Source: the human T2T-CHM13v2.0 reference genome, Homo sapiens. Taken from it: a DNA stretch of 64,000 nucleotides. Position 1 is the stretch's first letter. The number at the start of each line of letters is the position of its first letter. Positions 1 to 12,812 of the stretch are shown piece after piece. The stretch lies in assembly GCF_009914755.1 (NCBI RefSeq), contig NC_060930.1, one strand, 5' to 3'. A model generated the notes under the pieces. The model had not been told where the DNA came from. It saw only the letters and a list, made by a program, of their open reading frames with translations, and did not search any database. The position numbers were made by a program, and so were the translations under genes.

Positions 1-326
1 TTCCTGACTCTCATCTCCTTCCTGGATTTCACCCTCCTCACTGGCTTTCCTCCCTCTGCTGCCATACGGAGGCTGCAGTGGTGCTTTAAAGTAAGCCAAC
101 TTGCTCATCACCCTGATTAACCACCAAACAGATAAACCTTGCTTCTCAGTTCGTGCTTTCTCTGTAGCTTCCATATTTCATCACTCTCCCCTTGCATCTT
201 TAGTCAATAAGTTTCCTCTTTTCCTAGCACCCATTGTGATTTTTCCTGTGTTGCTCCCTTTACTGGAATACTCTTTTCTCCATTATCCCTTAAAATGGCA
301 AACTCCTACTCTCTCAGCTCTTCCCC

Positions 327-515
327 TGGCTGTGAGACTTGGGGTAAGTTAACTTAGCTATGCTTCAGTTTCCTCTTAAGTAAAATAGGGATAATACTAA
401 TAATATTTGCTCCATGAATGTTACAAAAACCAAATGAAAAGAAAATATGCTTAGGACTTAAACTGAAACATACAAGGTACTCAATAAGTATTAGCTATTA
501 TTATTATTATTACTT
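327..515 (+). mobile_element. MIR SINE
   Basis: Core TCAGTTTCCTC..AAAATAGGGATAATA and tail TACTCAATAAGTATTAGCTATTATT. Confidence 0.75.
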
Positions 516-519
516 ATTG

Positions 520-791
520 GACTCTGTTTATGTGTCACTTTATCCAGGACTCCTTGCCTGACTTGGAAAATCTCAGTGAGGAGACCCTCCTAACTACTTC
601 CATGATCCAGTTCCTCTGCATTGTAATTGCTGCTTATTTGTCTGTCTGCTCCTCTCCCTACCACCTGCACATATTCCCTTCTCACCAAGGTACCCTGTAA
701 GCCCTGTGGGAGAAGGAACCATAACTATCAGTTTTACTGTGGTATTCATATTCCTAGGAGAAGCTCGCAATTTTTTGTTGTCTGAATGAAT
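520..791 (+). mobile_element. L2 3' end fragment
   Basis: CTGTAAGCCCTGTGGG...TGTTG..TGAATGAAT, typical of the L2 terminus. Confidence 0.55.
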
Positions 792-1201
792 ATAGATGCA
801 AAATTATTTCAATGTTTGATTGCTCTCTGTTTCTGCTAAGTCACCACTTTCTGAACCAGCTCTGAAGTGCTTGAACTCTTATCAAGCATGGGATTTGTGG
901 CTATGTATAATCTTGCTAAGATTAGAAAGGACTATTAATGAGGTACAGCCTTTTTGACAGTACTGTCCAGTTTAGGTACATCATAACTCCAATTAGCCTT
1001 GGCAACACCCCAGCAACTAATAAACTGAATTCTGCATATCCTATTTGAGAGCAGAAGCTAATTAGACAAATTATGGTCTATCTGGTATTGGCATTTGTCT
1101 GGGAGACCCAGACTAACTGCAATAACCAATCACTGTCTTTGAAACGTAATGTAGGTCCCAGCTTGACTATTAGCAGCACTCACTTTAAATTGATACATAC
1201 C

Positions 1202-1382
1202 CAGTGGTTTGCTGGCACATGTTTAATACCTGGCTCTCAGGGGAAAAGCCCTAATTTTAGTGTTTGCTCATTTTCATGGTGTAAACAGTCCTACCTTGAC
1301 TGATGTCAATGTGACATTGCCAAATTCCTGAAATTTTACCAATAACTTTTTGCAAGTGGTGCAAGCAGGCTCCAGCACACTG
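1202..1382 (+). mobile_element. MER63-like hAT DNA transposon
   Basis: TIRs CAGTGGTTTGCTGG ... CCAGCACACTG; internal AAAAGCCCT..TTTCATGGTGTAAA. Confidence 0.7.
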
Positions 1383-1624
1383 CAGTCTAGATGGGTCGGT
1401 AGGGAGACTAGGTGAGCTTTACTTTCATGAATAAGAAATTCTCTTAAGAACATGAGAGTTAACTGTTCATAGTTGGAGAAAAATTTTGAAAGAAAGTAAT
1501 GATTCTGAGAGTGGCCTGGATCAGAATATTGCCAGGCTTTCCCTTAACATATGTGCACCTTAATAACTAGGGCTCTCCTCCTGCAGGCCAGGCTGGCACT
1601 GTCCCCTCCGTCATGGGGGAAGGG

Positions 1625-2115
1625 TGTGGTGGGCAGATGTCCATGTGCTAATTCTTAAAGTCTATGGATAGATTATATTACCTGACAAAGGAGAATTAAG
1701 ACTGCAGATGGAATTAATGTTGTAAATCAGCTAGCTTTAAAGTAGAGAGGTTATCCTGGATTATCCAGGGGACTCAATGTAATGAGAAGCGTCCTTAAAA
1801 GTGGAAGAGAGAGGCGAAAAGGGAGAACAGATAAATGGCAGCATGAGAAGGATTTAGCCTAATGATCCTGGCTTTGAAGAAAGCGGGGGAATCTACAAGC
1901 AAAAAAGGGTGGATGACCTCTAGAAGCTGGCAGAGAGGCACAGAAACAGTGTCACTAGAGCCATCCTAAAGAAACTGAGCCTGGCTGACATCCTGATATT
2001 AGCCCAGTGAGACCCATGCTAGATTTCTAACCTACAGAACTGTAATATAATACATTTGTATTTGTCTTGTTTCAAGCCTCTGTACTTGAGATAATTTATG
2101 ACAGGAAACTAATAC
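1625..2115 (+). mobile_element. MLT1D-type MaLR solo LTR
   Basis: TGTGGTGGGCAGA start; GCAGATGGAATTAA; TATCCTGGATTATCC; GCCCAGTGAGACCC; GGAAACTAATAC end. Confidence 0.85.
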
Positions 2116-2465
2116 CAAAAATCCTCTGTACTGGTTAAGTCCTTGCTTAACTTTGACTTTTTATCTAGTGGGCTCCAAATTATCGGCTCTTCAGCCTTAA
2201 CTGTAATTCTGCCTCTGGTCCTTTGGTCTTAGTAATTGCATTTGATGTTGCTAGCATTTGAAATGTGGCTTTACCAAATAGATTATGCTTTGTCTACCTC
2301 CCTGCACTATCGCCCTTTTAGCAGATCCCCAGACAAGTCACCCTTCATTGTCATGAGGGAGAAGGGGGTTTAGCTGGGCAAAGCCTCAACACCGTTCCTT
2401 TCCTTTCCATTTCCATGGTCCTCACTGTATCCCATGTTCCCAGCACTTACATCCTGGACAATTTC

Positions 2466-2783
2466 TTTTTCTTTTATTTTTTTTTTAGAGACAAGGTCTC
2501 ATTATGTTGCCCAGGCTGGAGTGCATTGGCTATTTATAGATGCAATCCCACAACTGATCATCATGGGAGTTTTTACCTGCTCCATTTCTGACCTGGGCTG
2601 GTTCACCCCACCTAGGCAACCTGGTGGTTCCCTGTTCCCGGGAGGTGACCATATTAATGCTGAACTTAGTGCAGACACCCAATCAGCGTAGCACACTACA
2701 GCCCAGAACCCCTGGGCTGAAGCCATCCTCCCACCTCAGTCTCTGAGTAGCTAGGACTATAGGCACGGACCATTGCGCCCGGC
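2466..2783 (-). pseudogene. Full-length processed 7SL (SRP RNA) retrocopy
   Basis: 297-nt body (2487-2783) with Alu ends plus the S domain (GTTCAGCATTAATATGGTCACCTCCCGGGAACAGGGAACCACCAGGTTGCCT on the - strand). A-tail 2466-2486; perfect 15-bp TSD ATCCTGGACAATTTC at 2451-2465 and 2785-2799. Confidence 0.95.
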
Positions 2784-3549
2784 AATCCTGGACAATTTCA
2801 ATGACCCTTCCTCCAACCCATTAAGAAGGTCAACCCTCCTAAAAAGAAAGAATAAATGTCACTTGTGCCTCCTGACTTAAGTACGAAGACTTTGGATTAG
2901 CATTTATAGCTTCCCATTATTTTGCCTCAACTTTTTCTGAAAGTATTTCTCCAAATTCTTCTACTGAAATTTATAATTTAATCTCAATGGTACCTACAGC
3001 TGTTTTGTATCTTCCTGCTTCTTAACTCATATCCACTCACTACCCATCATCCAACAAATATTTACTGAGTGGTTGCTGTTTTCTAATAGCTGTTCTGGGC
3101 ATGGTAAAAGGCACAAAAAAAGATAAGACCCTCCAAATGGGCAAGATAATAGCTATGCTATTGCAGATCTCACAACCTAATGAAAGACACTGACATATGA
3201 ACAAAAAATTTCAGTAAAATATGGCAACAGATGATAGCAACACAAGCCAGGTGCCCGAGAGCTCAGTGGAAGGAATAGTGTGGCTGTCTTCTTTGTGATT
3301 CCCTCCTCAACTTAGAAGCAGCTCTGAGTTAGAGGAAAGAGCACTGATCTTGGGAGATAAAAAGCTGGATTTTAGCCAATTAATTTCTGCAATTAATTTC
3401 TTGGCAAATTCAATAAATTGATAAGTTTCTATCCATGGAGTAAAAAAAAAAAGGGATGGATAATACTCATAGAATTTTATTAAGAGTGAGAATTAATAAT
3501 GCTCTGTAATTGGAAAAGTACTATGTATATATGATTCCATGTTTACCTA

Positions 3550-4561
3550 TGAAAAAGGTCAGAATATGCCACCCCAAAATATGCCACTTTGGCATAAGGA
3601 TTATTTTGAGCTTAAGGCAATTAAAAGCAGAAAACACAGAAAAAGCTCTTTGCCCTCCCCCATCGGCTTAAAAGCAGGACATAAATTTGCCTTTATAAAG
3701 GTGCTCCCCTTTCCTTTCCCAAAAAAGAAAGAGATCAACCATTATCATTAGCGACAGAAAGTGTTAAAAGAAAAACTTCAGCTGAATTAAATTAAAAGGA
3801 GTTTAATTGAGTAATGAATGATTCACAGATTGGGCAGCCTCCAGAATCACAGCAGATTCAGAGAGACTCCAGAGGTGCCTTGTGGTCAGAACAAATTTAT
3901 AGACAAAAAAGTAGAGAGACATACAGGAATCGAAAGTGAGGTACAGAAACAGCTGGATTGGTTACAGGTTGGCATTTGCCTTATTTGAACACAGTTTGAA
4001 CACTCGGCAGTCTATGAGTGGTTGAAATATGGCTGCTAGGATTGGCCAAAACTCAGATATTGTTATAGGCACATACTCCTAAGTTAGGTTTTCAATCTTG
4101 TCTACCTATTAAGTTAGGTCACAGTTCATCCACAAGGGCTCAAATATAGAAGTACAGTCTTTCTCAGGACATATTTAGTTTGCTTTAACAAAAGTCAGCA
4201 CCAAGATGAGTCTGTAGGAACAAACCTTACTAAAGCAACCCTTACTTTCCATTAGTTTCCCTTGCATATTACCATCCCACAATTTACTGTCTCTTGAAGC
4301 TCAAACCTATTTTCCTTTGCCTTGTCACTTTCCCGTAATTTATCACCCTCTGTTAAAATGGTACGTGAGTCCTTGGGTCAAACTGCTTCATTGGTTCTTC
4401 CATTCTTTTCTATGAAGGCCTCTGTGCACATAAAAATTAGAATATTAACACAAAAATTTTTGTATGTCTTTTCTTCTGTTAATCTGTATTTTGCCCATTC
4501 AATTCAAAGGCCCCAGTGAAAACATGAGAGAATAGAAGAAATATTTCTTTCCTCCTCTACA
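3550..4561 (+). mobile_element. MER34/MER39-group ERV1 solo LTR (interrupted by MER57)
   Basis: TGAAAAAGGTCAGAATATGCCCACCCCAAAATATGCC start; TTTCCTCCTCTACA end; near-TSD CCTA/CTTA. Confidence 0.8.
3762..4190 (-). mobile_element. MER57-type ERV1 solo LTR nested in the MER34/39 LTR
   Basis: Termini TGTTAAAAGAAAAACTTCAG ... TTTGCTTTAACA; 4-bp TSD AAAG (3758-3761, 4191-4194). Confidence 0.88.
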
Positions 4562-4899
4562 CTTATTTAACCAAAACATATGATTTATGACCCAGATTAT
4601 ATACTATTTATTCTTTCCTTCCTACACGTTTATAGTGCTATTTTTTTGGTGCTCATCATAAAGGAACTGTTTTTCCATCTAAAAATTATGTGTGGTGAAA
4701 TATAATCAACCTATGGAAAAATGCATAAAACACAAATATGCAACCTAATAAACTACTGTAATAGGAACAACCCTGAACCCTTTCTAGAGTCAAAAACATA
4801 ACAACAACCTTAGGAGAACCCTATGTATACTTTATATAAGCACTTTTCACATGCTGTTTTATCTGCCTTATTAAATTGCAAGGATTTTGAAGACGGGCA

Positions 4900-5340
4900 T
4901 ATTAGCCAAGATTCTTATGTTGGAAATTATAAAACCCAAATTAACCAAACTTAAACAGAAAATGAGAAATTTATTGCAAACAAAATTAAATGCTGGGAAG
5001 TATGCAGTGGAGCTGGACTTAGGATAACCTAGGATGCAAGCACTATCACTTCCTCCCTGTCACTTCCTCTTTTCTCCTTGCTTTCCATCCTCCCTGATCT
5101 CTCTGCCTGATATCCTCACTGTCACAAAATGGTTCCCCTGGAGACTCATAACCTGTAGTCCTCAGACCAGAAAAGAGATTCTCTTTATTCAGCTTGAGTT
5201 TAGAAGTAAAACATCCTGGGAAAGGTCTACTGTCTGACCTGAGGTCCATGCCCCAATCTGTTATCAGAAGGAGGATGAGGTCAGAGAGAGATGCTGGCAA
5301 CAGAAAACAACAGCTATGACAGAGGCACCATTTCTTGTTC
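4900..5340 (-). mobile_element. Old MLT1 (K/L-like) LTR fragment
   Basis: TATTAGCCAAGATTCTT..AAAACCCAA..CTTAAACAGAAAA..AATTTATTG pattern. Confidence 0.45.
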
Positions 5341-5682
5341 AATACCTCAAATGATCATTACATTCTTCACAGAGGAGGCAATCCTATCATTAATATTGCA
5401 AGGGTCTCAGCAGGAACTTCAACTGGGCCTCCTCTGGTATTCAGGCATGTTTGGGTTTGTCAGGAAGACTGCTGAGTGTGGTTCTCTGTGTGCCAGGGAT
5501 CAATTCCTGTGACGGGCTTAAGAGACTTCAGGGAAAAGAATATCACCCTAAGTGAAGTCAGAGACAAGGAGCATCTTTAGTGTAAGGACATCAAAGGACT
5601 GGTGACTTCTGAGGACAGAATATGTTTGTTACTCAGATTGTCCCCTAAGCTACCTCTCTGAGACTGAGGTCTATGCGTAGAA

Positions 5683-5878
5683 AAGAGTTTCTAACAGTTG
5701 AGGTCAGATAATTCATTGTTGCAGGGGCTGTTCCGTACATTGTAGGATGTTTAGCAGCTTCCCTGGATTGACCCTCTAGATACCAATAGCATTCTTATTT
5801 TCTAGGCATGCAAAACAGTAATGACTTCAGACATTATGTCCCCTGAGGGACAAAATCACCTTTTCTTGAGAACCACTG
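5683..5878 (-). mobile_element. MER20 hAT-Charlie element
   Basis: CATTGTAGGATGTTTAGCAGC...GGACAAAATCACC..TTGAGAACCACTG. Confidence 0.85.
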
Positions 5879-8399
5879 GCCTAGAAGGAAGAAGCTATAA
5901 AAAGGAGGAAAAGAAGTAAATAAAAACGGAAAGAGCTGCTGTCCAAGGCAGCCATGTAGTCTCACTCGCAATATCTACAAAGGGCCATTTCTTGTCCTAG
6001 CAAGGATGCGTAGGGTGAGTTAACAGAGCTCATAGGTAAAATACCTTTGAGAGAACTTGAAATAAAATTTGGGGAATTCAGGGATGCTAGTTTCTGTTAA
6101 TCAGACAGACTAAAGCTGGAGAAATATTTTTGTGTTATTTTTGACAGTTCTTATGACATATTTTTACCTTCAGGCTGATATGGCTTGGGAAACATTAGTT
6201 AAATTTGAATGAATGGATGATTTTAGTGAATGAGGTTAACAATTTTTTTTCTTAATGGCATGCTTCAATTCACACATTACTACTGTGGGGTTAGAATTTT
6301 AGAAGTGTCAGGTACATTAATCTACATTATACTACTGTAAAATAGTGATGAACTTTCTGTGAAAATTGATCCCACACAAAGTTCTAAGATTAGAAACTAA
6401 AAATTTGATGTATCACCAAGTGTTCAATTTAAATTCCATGATAAGTGGCCTAAACATGAAAGAAAATTTTCAAAATAGGCTACTGTGAGACATCTTCACA
6501 TTCAGTGGGTTACTCATCAGTTTTTAAAAGAGAATTTATATCTTTAAAACTTGCATTAATTTGTTTTAAAATACCAATTCTGATTCCACTGGAAATGTGT
6601 TTTGAAGCAGTAATGGGGCAGGAGAGGATATAGTAAAAGAAAATATTAAAAGGAAGTAATAAAATTCCTCAATTAAGTCTACTTTTAAAAGATGGAGAAA
6701 ATGAAGAGCCATCTCTCCGCCTGTGCAGTATAGCATCCCTTTCCCTTATGGAGGTAAGAGAACTTCACTCTTCCTTGGGGGAAGTCCTCCTTCCCCATTT
6801 CACATACCCTGTCCTCCCCACCTCTCTTCTCCCTGTCTCAGCACAGTGAGAGATTCATGACCTAGACTTGACCAATTAGATTCTCCTGGGAATTTGAATC
6901 TTGGATGGAGTGGAGTTATTTGGGTTCCTGGCTTTACAAAAAGCTTGCATATTCAGGTTTTCCCTCCCAGTCCCTCAATTCTATGAGCCACCAGTATCCT
7001 TCCAATTAAGTATCTTCTTCACTTTATTTCCAGTAATGAGGTTATCAATAATCAATTTCAGTTGCTTAAAACAGAAGCAAAAACCTGTAACTAACACAAG
7101 GAACTCTGATTTAAAAGTATTGTGACTCATTTGTCACTATGATTAAAGAGAACGGGAAAGGGTCAGGAAAGAATATGGAATTAGAACTGAAAGGTAGATT
7201 TCTTGAGTCTATGCTGACCAAACGTTGAAATGTGTTGATATGAAATATGTATTCATATGTGTTTCATTTGTTTGTTTTTGAATCTTCTACTTCTACCAGG
7301 TTTATATATGGGTGAAGTTATGTAGTTTCCAATTTTGCTTGATTAATTTTAGGATTCCCACAATATTTAAGCAATTTTTTTTCTGACTGTGATGCTTATT
7401 ATTTTCCAATAATGCAATTAAAAGTGTTATAATAGCCACTTTTATAAATTGATTCTAAAAAGTAATGCTTTTAATTTACTAATGTATTTTAATATAAATA
7501 TTATTCATGCTCATCATAAAAATAATAAACAGTACAGAAAGGTAGAAAATGAAAAATAAAAGAGCCACATCATCCCCCTTTTCAGAGAAAATCAAGTTGC
7601 TTACTTAAGATATTTCTAGCTATAACTGATATGCCTTTGGTTCCTGGTGTTTTCTCGTACTTGGGCTCTTGCCCATTCAACTAAGTAGGCATTTTATAAA
7701 ACTTGCCTCAGTGGAGGGATAACATTAGAGACCACAGGTTAAGAAAACCAATCAACCAACCGAATTTGCTTCTTGATGTAATGAGTTTCAAAAGGCCAGT
7801 CCTCAGTGGAAAGGCAGGGTCTATTTACACAGGAACAGAAAGAGTTTCAGGGAAAAAAACCCGATGAGGAAGAGTGAATCTTGCTAACTGGGAGGACTGG
7901 ATAGGCTTCCCTGGGCTGGGATGATGGGAAGATCATGACTACTCAGTAAGGGAACATGGTCAGGGAAAGGGACCTGGTCAAGGAAAATCCTTGGAGAGCA
8001 GAGTTGGCATCACAGACACCATCCTCTAACACTATGAGCACTGCTGGTCACCTCCAGGACCTGTTGGCACTGAGTCTTCATTCAACTAAGACCTATACAA
8101 CTGTTAGTTTTCCTTTCCATGGCATTCCACCTTCCAAAATCCAGGAGGAGAGAATATGTGCCCTAAGAGGGGCCTATCCTGACCTTTTGATGGCCTAGGA
8201 CATGTGTGAGTTCCCCAGGTTAGAGAGTGACACACAGCATCGATGGTACTGAGGTGACATGGAAGGTCCAGCACCTTGATGTGTATGGCACTGAACAGAG
8301 CCAGCTTCAGATTCACCCCTCTCCTCCTGAGCCAGTAAAATGGAAAAACACACACAATTACACACACACACACACACATCTCCCTCCTTCTCTTCCTCT

Positions 8400-8930
8400 A
8401 CTTTTACACAAACTGCATCACATTATACCTATTGATCTTCCACTTGCATTTTTCACTTAGTGATATAGCTTTGATATCAGTCTGCAAGGATCTAATCTGT
8501 TTTTTAAATGGCTACTTGGTATCTTCATAATTTGACTGGTCCCCAACTGATGGACCTTTAGTTCTCTCTGTCCCTGTCTCTCTTCTCCCTTCTCCCTCCC
8601 CTTTTCTCTCTCAAATATTACCAAGCTATCATGAGTATCCTTTCACATAAGTCTTTGAACTTTTGTTTGAGGTAACCCTAGGATGAATTCTTAGAATTGG
8701 AATTACTGGACCAAAAAGTATGAGCTTTTAAGAAAAAAATAATGAATGTAAATATTGACAAGTTGTTTTCCAAAATATTTTTTTGACTTGGATTCTCATA
8801 AGCTCTTCTTTACCCATATTCTCTGTAGCACTAGGTATTGTAATCTTTTTATAATCTTTGCCAATCTGATACATGAAAATTACAATTTATTTTTAAATCT
8901 GCCTTATCTTAATGATGACTAAGAATCCTC
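8400..8930 (-). mobile_element. Old L1M (L1ME-like) 3' fragment
   Basis: CTAGGATGAATTCTTAGAATTGGAATTACTGGACCAAAAAGTATG and TTTGCCAATCTGATA motifs. Confidence 0.6.
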
Positions 8931-11900
8931 TTTATATTTTGTTGAACCTATTTAATTATGTAATTACGATATTCTTTCTTACAGTTAGGGGCTATTTTCT
9001 ATTCAGCACTGTAAATTTTTACAAAGCTCCCATCATGTGACTAGTTGATTATGTTGAATTAGACTGAAAACAACAACAGCATTTGATATCACAGAATGTG
9101 GCAGAGAAAATGTAAACATGAAATAGTTTAACAGTAAAAAGTTTCCTGTGGCACTAGTTTTGAGTTACACTGGCGCTGGCTCCTGATGAATAGGATGAAT
9201 TAGCTACAAAATGTACCCATAGGTAATTGAGTAAAGCTAAGTGTTAGCTAGAGTTGTTTTGTGTTATCCACTTGAAAACTAGAGAACATCAGCCAAAAAT
9301 CAATTTTGGTTTTGGCATAATTAATGCTGCTCTGTTCTCTTGAGTAGTACAGTAATTAGAAATATGGCTCAGTGATTCCTTAATGTCACTACTGGTTTGT
9401 GACAGAAAACCACGACACTGGCATTAAGAATGACAATTTCCTCCTTACTTGCTTCGGGAGGAGGCAGCTATCAGGAATTGAACAAAGAACTATGACATAG
9501 CTCTCTTTCATGATGTAGTTTTAGCTAGAAATCTGATCTGTGTAGAGACAGTTTCAAATCTGATTCTTCCAGAGCTGTTAGAATACAGACTTTATAAAAA
9601 CTCACAGCACTAGATTTATGCTACCCTCCTATATCTTGGCTCATGGACAAGCTGATGATAGATGAAAAAAATGCTGCAGAAACTTGTGTTCCAAGATGCT
9701 TATCAAAGTATATTAAGAGGCAAGCTGAGAAAAACAAAAAAGTGTTACCTACTCAACCAAACTCTAGGATACTTGTTTAAGAAAGTGAAAGAGGTTTCTT
9801 TCGTGTAAGACCTCAGTCTTTAATATACCAATGTGACATGAACCTAGTTTTCAGTGTTTCCCCAACTCATTTGACCTGGCACCCAATTTCCTATAGTGAA
9901 TATATGCTATTTTCCAGCCACCCAGTGTCCACTTTTCTTTTTATATCTAGTGGGGCTATGAGCAGGGGTCCCACACTACCACAACTGAGGGACAGGCCAA
10001 TGCTCCAGGCTAAAACAACTGGAAGCTGCAGACTACAACTGGGAGTACAAAGAGCAATCAATTGGGACTCACCCATTTCAGCAATGGAAGACACCATCTC
10101 ATAACATTCCTGTCCTGATATTATCCTGTTGTCACTGCTTCTGTGCCCTCTGGAGTTCTCCTGCTGGCTTTCTATCCTGGGTATCTAGCTAGGCTTCCCA
10201 TCAATTCTTAGAGCTCCTGATATCCTTCTACTAAGTTCCTTCTTGCCTAAATTAGGCAGAGAGTTTTCAGTTGCAACCAAAGACTCACACTTTAAAAAAA
10301 AAAAATCTTCTTCAGCTCATCCCTCATAACATCACTAGATTGAAACAGGAACAATGTATATTTATTGACAACTAAAAGACCTACATGGATTATACCACCT
10401 AACACATTCTAGGAGCTCAAAAAATTGCTGAACAAATAATAAGTATTCCAAAAAACAGCTTTTGGGAAGTATTATTTTAAGTCATTTTCTTAATAAGGAG
10501 AAAGACTATATATAATGGTACCTAAGAGAGAAATGGTGCCTAACACCTAGTTGCTCCTCTAGGAGTGGAGTAAACTGCAACATATGTTTGTGTTGAATTT
10601 TGGTGGCTATTGAATAAACTAATGTCTCTTATTTTAGAGAAATAAAATACTTAAGACAAAATATAAACTTTAAATCAATACTAAGGAGCCATTTAGGAAA
10701 ATCTTGCCCTCTCTGAACTAGACATTTTACTAGGCATTTACCATTTAAACCTCAACGCCATGTGTCAATGAACAATATTTAGTGAGCCGATACTATGTGG
10801 CAGACATTGTGCTAGGGCCAGGAGATACCCTGAGACACTCAGCTTGGGCAGTAAGAGACTCTTCCATAGTCACACAGATGGTGAGTTGGTGGTGTAAATA
10901 TTCTTTTCCTGTGTAAATGCAATTATAGTCTTTGCTCTATTTAATTATACTAAATAAATAGCTGCTATTTATTCTAAACAGATAATCCAATCAATATAGA
11001 TGGGCTTAAAATTTTAAGTATTCTCACTTTAGTGACAAACACCTTGGGGATCTTAAAGGACTGTTTTATTTATTGATACCAGTCACTGTCAATATTTTTG
11101 GTTCAAAGACGCTTTCATATTCGATTTTCTGATAGAAGACAACGCAATGAAAACTATCAAGTTGCTTATGAAAAATTCTTAGGATGACACTGCACCTAAT
11201 GTTTGTAGTCAGTTGTTTGTCATTCTTTCCCTTGTCCTATGCTGTGTCCAGGACTGCTAGATAAGTAGGTACCCAGCATCCTAGCGTCCAGATATCAAAA
11301 CCATGAAAATGAAGCACTACAAGCCAGACAGATAACCTCCAGAGGGAGCAAACGAATAAACCCCCAAATCCTGTGGATCTAGAAGTAGAAAATAATCGCT
11401 GAACCACTGATTTGAGACCAATGAGAACATTAAGGACACCTCAAAATAGATCAGGGCACTGTTCCTAGCCCAACTCTGTGGCAGAACATAAACCTGCAAG
11501 AAATAGGATTAACATACTATCTTTGCAGTAAGTTAAATCCTGAACTTCTACAAAATACAGTTTACTCCAATTTAGTTACACTCTTCCTGCTTCTGGTGTC
11601 TTACCTCCACGTTGGACTAAGGTTTTCAATTCGGTGGTGGAATACTTACCTATTAAAATTACCCACTTTGCTTTAGTGTGAGTTTCTCAGCATGTTTTAC
11701 ACAGGAGTGACCTGAATGACTCGGAAGTGGCACTTGAGTGTGCCAGGCCCTGGAATTTAATGGTATGGTTCTGTGGTTGTTGTCTGTTTGCGGTTTTATT
11801 GCTGAATTAGTAGTAACCACAGTAATCACACCCTTTCTCATTTCTCAGGCTTGGGGATTTCGTCCACCTCTGGCGGGTTGGTTCCCCTGACGTTTCTTAA

Positions 11901-12479
11901 AGTTACTGTGAATTTGTTCTGGTCAGTACCATAGAGTGTATTATCCTAAGGAGGGCCACTGTAGGGCCGCTAGGACTAGAGGCAACTTGAACTTCACAAG
12001 TTAGCAGAGCAAGGACTCCCTGGAACACCGAGTTAGGGCCACGGGGTCTGTTTGCTCAGATTGCCCGCCAGCCCTGGGAAAGGAGTCTGGGGGCGAGCAG
12101 GCTGGGTTCCCGGGTCTCAGTCGCCGCAGTGGTGGCTACAGACTGCGCATGTGACCCAGGGGCCGGCGACGCAGGTGCCGGAGAGCGAGGAGGAGGGCGG
12201 CGTGGAGGAGGGTACTTCCGGGACCGGCGGGCGCGCGCTGGCAGCTCGCCGACGGCGGGGGCGGGGGCGGGGGGCGGCAGGGGAGCGAGCGCGCTGGCGG
12301 CGGGCGGTGGCGTTGCGCGCGGGGTGGCGAAAGGATGTGCGCGGGATCGCGGGGGAGGGGGAGGGAGCGCGCGGGCTAGCTGGAGGCGGGAGGGGGCGGA
12401 GCCCTGTGGCGTCTGAACCCGCCCCGGGGGTGCCAAGGTGCGTCTCCAGTCTGACGCGACCGCCTGGGGCGGAGTCAGC

Positions 12480-12588
12480 GGGACGTGCCACCTGCAGTGC
12501 TGGCTAGGGCTTTTTATTTACTAGGGAGCAGTTTCCCCGCGCGACAGTTCGGGAGCGCGCAGGCAGTCGCGCGCACACACGCACGCAG

Positions 12589-12624
<36 letters not shown>

Positions 12625-12812
12625 TCGCACACACAAACACGCTAGGACGCTCGTCTTCGCTACTGCATCCCCGAACCAGCAGAGCGAAGCTACTGCGGGT
12701 TCTGTTAACCTCAGCATCGTGGGGCGAAGCAGAGCCATTGTGCATCAAGGAGAGGCCGGTGCCTGCGCTGCCGTCTCTGGCACCTAACCCAGCAGACCGC
12801 TCACCCCATCGG
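12480..12812 (+). other. KLHL32: Non-coding exon 1 (5' UTR); 5' boundary uncertain
   Basis: Strong donor CGG|GTAAGC at 12812/12813 at the 3' edge of the CpG island; no ATG between 12480 and 12812. Confidence 0.8.
12590..12622 (+). repeat. (CA)16 microsatellite at the promoter / exon 1
   Basis: Read directly; preceded by CGCGCGCACACACGCACGCA (12568-12587). Confidence 0.97.

Noticed and set aside
2434-2726. ORFs over the 7SL copy, and a call as a functional SRP RNA gene
   Set aside because: A-tail, TSD and CpG-decay mutations mark it as a retrocopy.
1-12000. Possible further upstream exons (e.g. donor-like GAG|GTAAGA at ~6753)
   Set aside because: Isolated splice-like motifs without an ORF or promoter; cannot be supported without transcript data.
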